Assembly: GCF_006345805.1 (NCBI RefSeq)
Contig: NC_042997.1
Location: forward strand, 171,120,001 to 171,184,000
From: Octopus sinensis
Lineage: Eukaryota
Length of the DNA: 64,000 bases
Direction of reading: 5' to 3'
Numbering within the stretch: position 1 is the stretch's first letter; every line of letters starts with the position of its first letter. A model generated the notes under the pieces. It ran no database searches and was not told the origin of the DNA. It saw nothing but the letters and a program-made list of their open reading frames with translations. The translations under genes and the position numbers were made by a program. Shown piece by piece: positions 63,643 to 64,000 of the stretch.

Positions 63643-64000
63643 CAGTGGCGGCGCGTGTATAGGAACTGCGGAACTGCAGCACCCCACTATTTCCATTCGA
63701 TATTATCGGTAACATTCAATATAATGAGTCCTTTTTTCTTTAATTCTTTCTTTATACTTGTACATTATAATCTTTAAACTTAATGTCAGTAGCCATCCCC
63801 TAGTTTATGAAAAAAAAATCTTGTATAGATCTGTGCGCTTCACAGTTCCAGCAACGCGGTGTTTAGCTATTGTGCGCATGCTTACATGTCCGAGATAGGA
63901 AGCTTCACACTAGGGAGAGAGAGAGAGTACTGCGTGCCAGATGAAAGGGTGTGCTTAAAAACGTGTTTATATTCTTGAATGTGATAAAGTGTAGAATTAG
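63643..64000 (+). mobile_element. Possible left end of a hAT-like DNA element
   Basis: CAGTGGCGGCGCG...GGAACTGCGGAACTGCAGCACCCC terminus; partner end not in the window. Confidence 0.35.

Overview
Eukaryotic, AT-rich, repeat-saturated intergenic or intronic DNA. The SINE families, the (ACAT)n/(TA)n/(ATCT)n microsatellites and the LINE relics match my recollection of Octopus genomes; this is inference and no search was run. No host protein-coding gene could be supported, and most long ORFs in the track are microsatellite artefacts. Retroelements: about 40 tRNA-derived SINE copies or fragments (my labels A-E), L1/Tx1-like, CR1-like, R4/Dong-like and Penelope-like relics. DNA elements: mariner, Tc1, pogo, hAT, piggyBac, Helitron and Merlin-like relics. 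Main observations: (1) a full-length U6 snRNA copy fused directly to the 5' end of a full-length SINE (minus strand, 36112-36630); (2) SINE-A shares its 3' end with Tx1-like LINEs in the window and recurs nested at one fixed internal site of its own family; (3) SINE-B shares its tail with the CR1-like LINE; (4) a SINE carrying a 209-bp unique 5' extension is copied locally three times; (5) a Merlin-like MITE carries telomere-type repeats; (6) a degenerate minimal hammerhead ribozyme lies upstream of a Penelope relic; (7) several foldbacks are anchored in (TA)n tracts.
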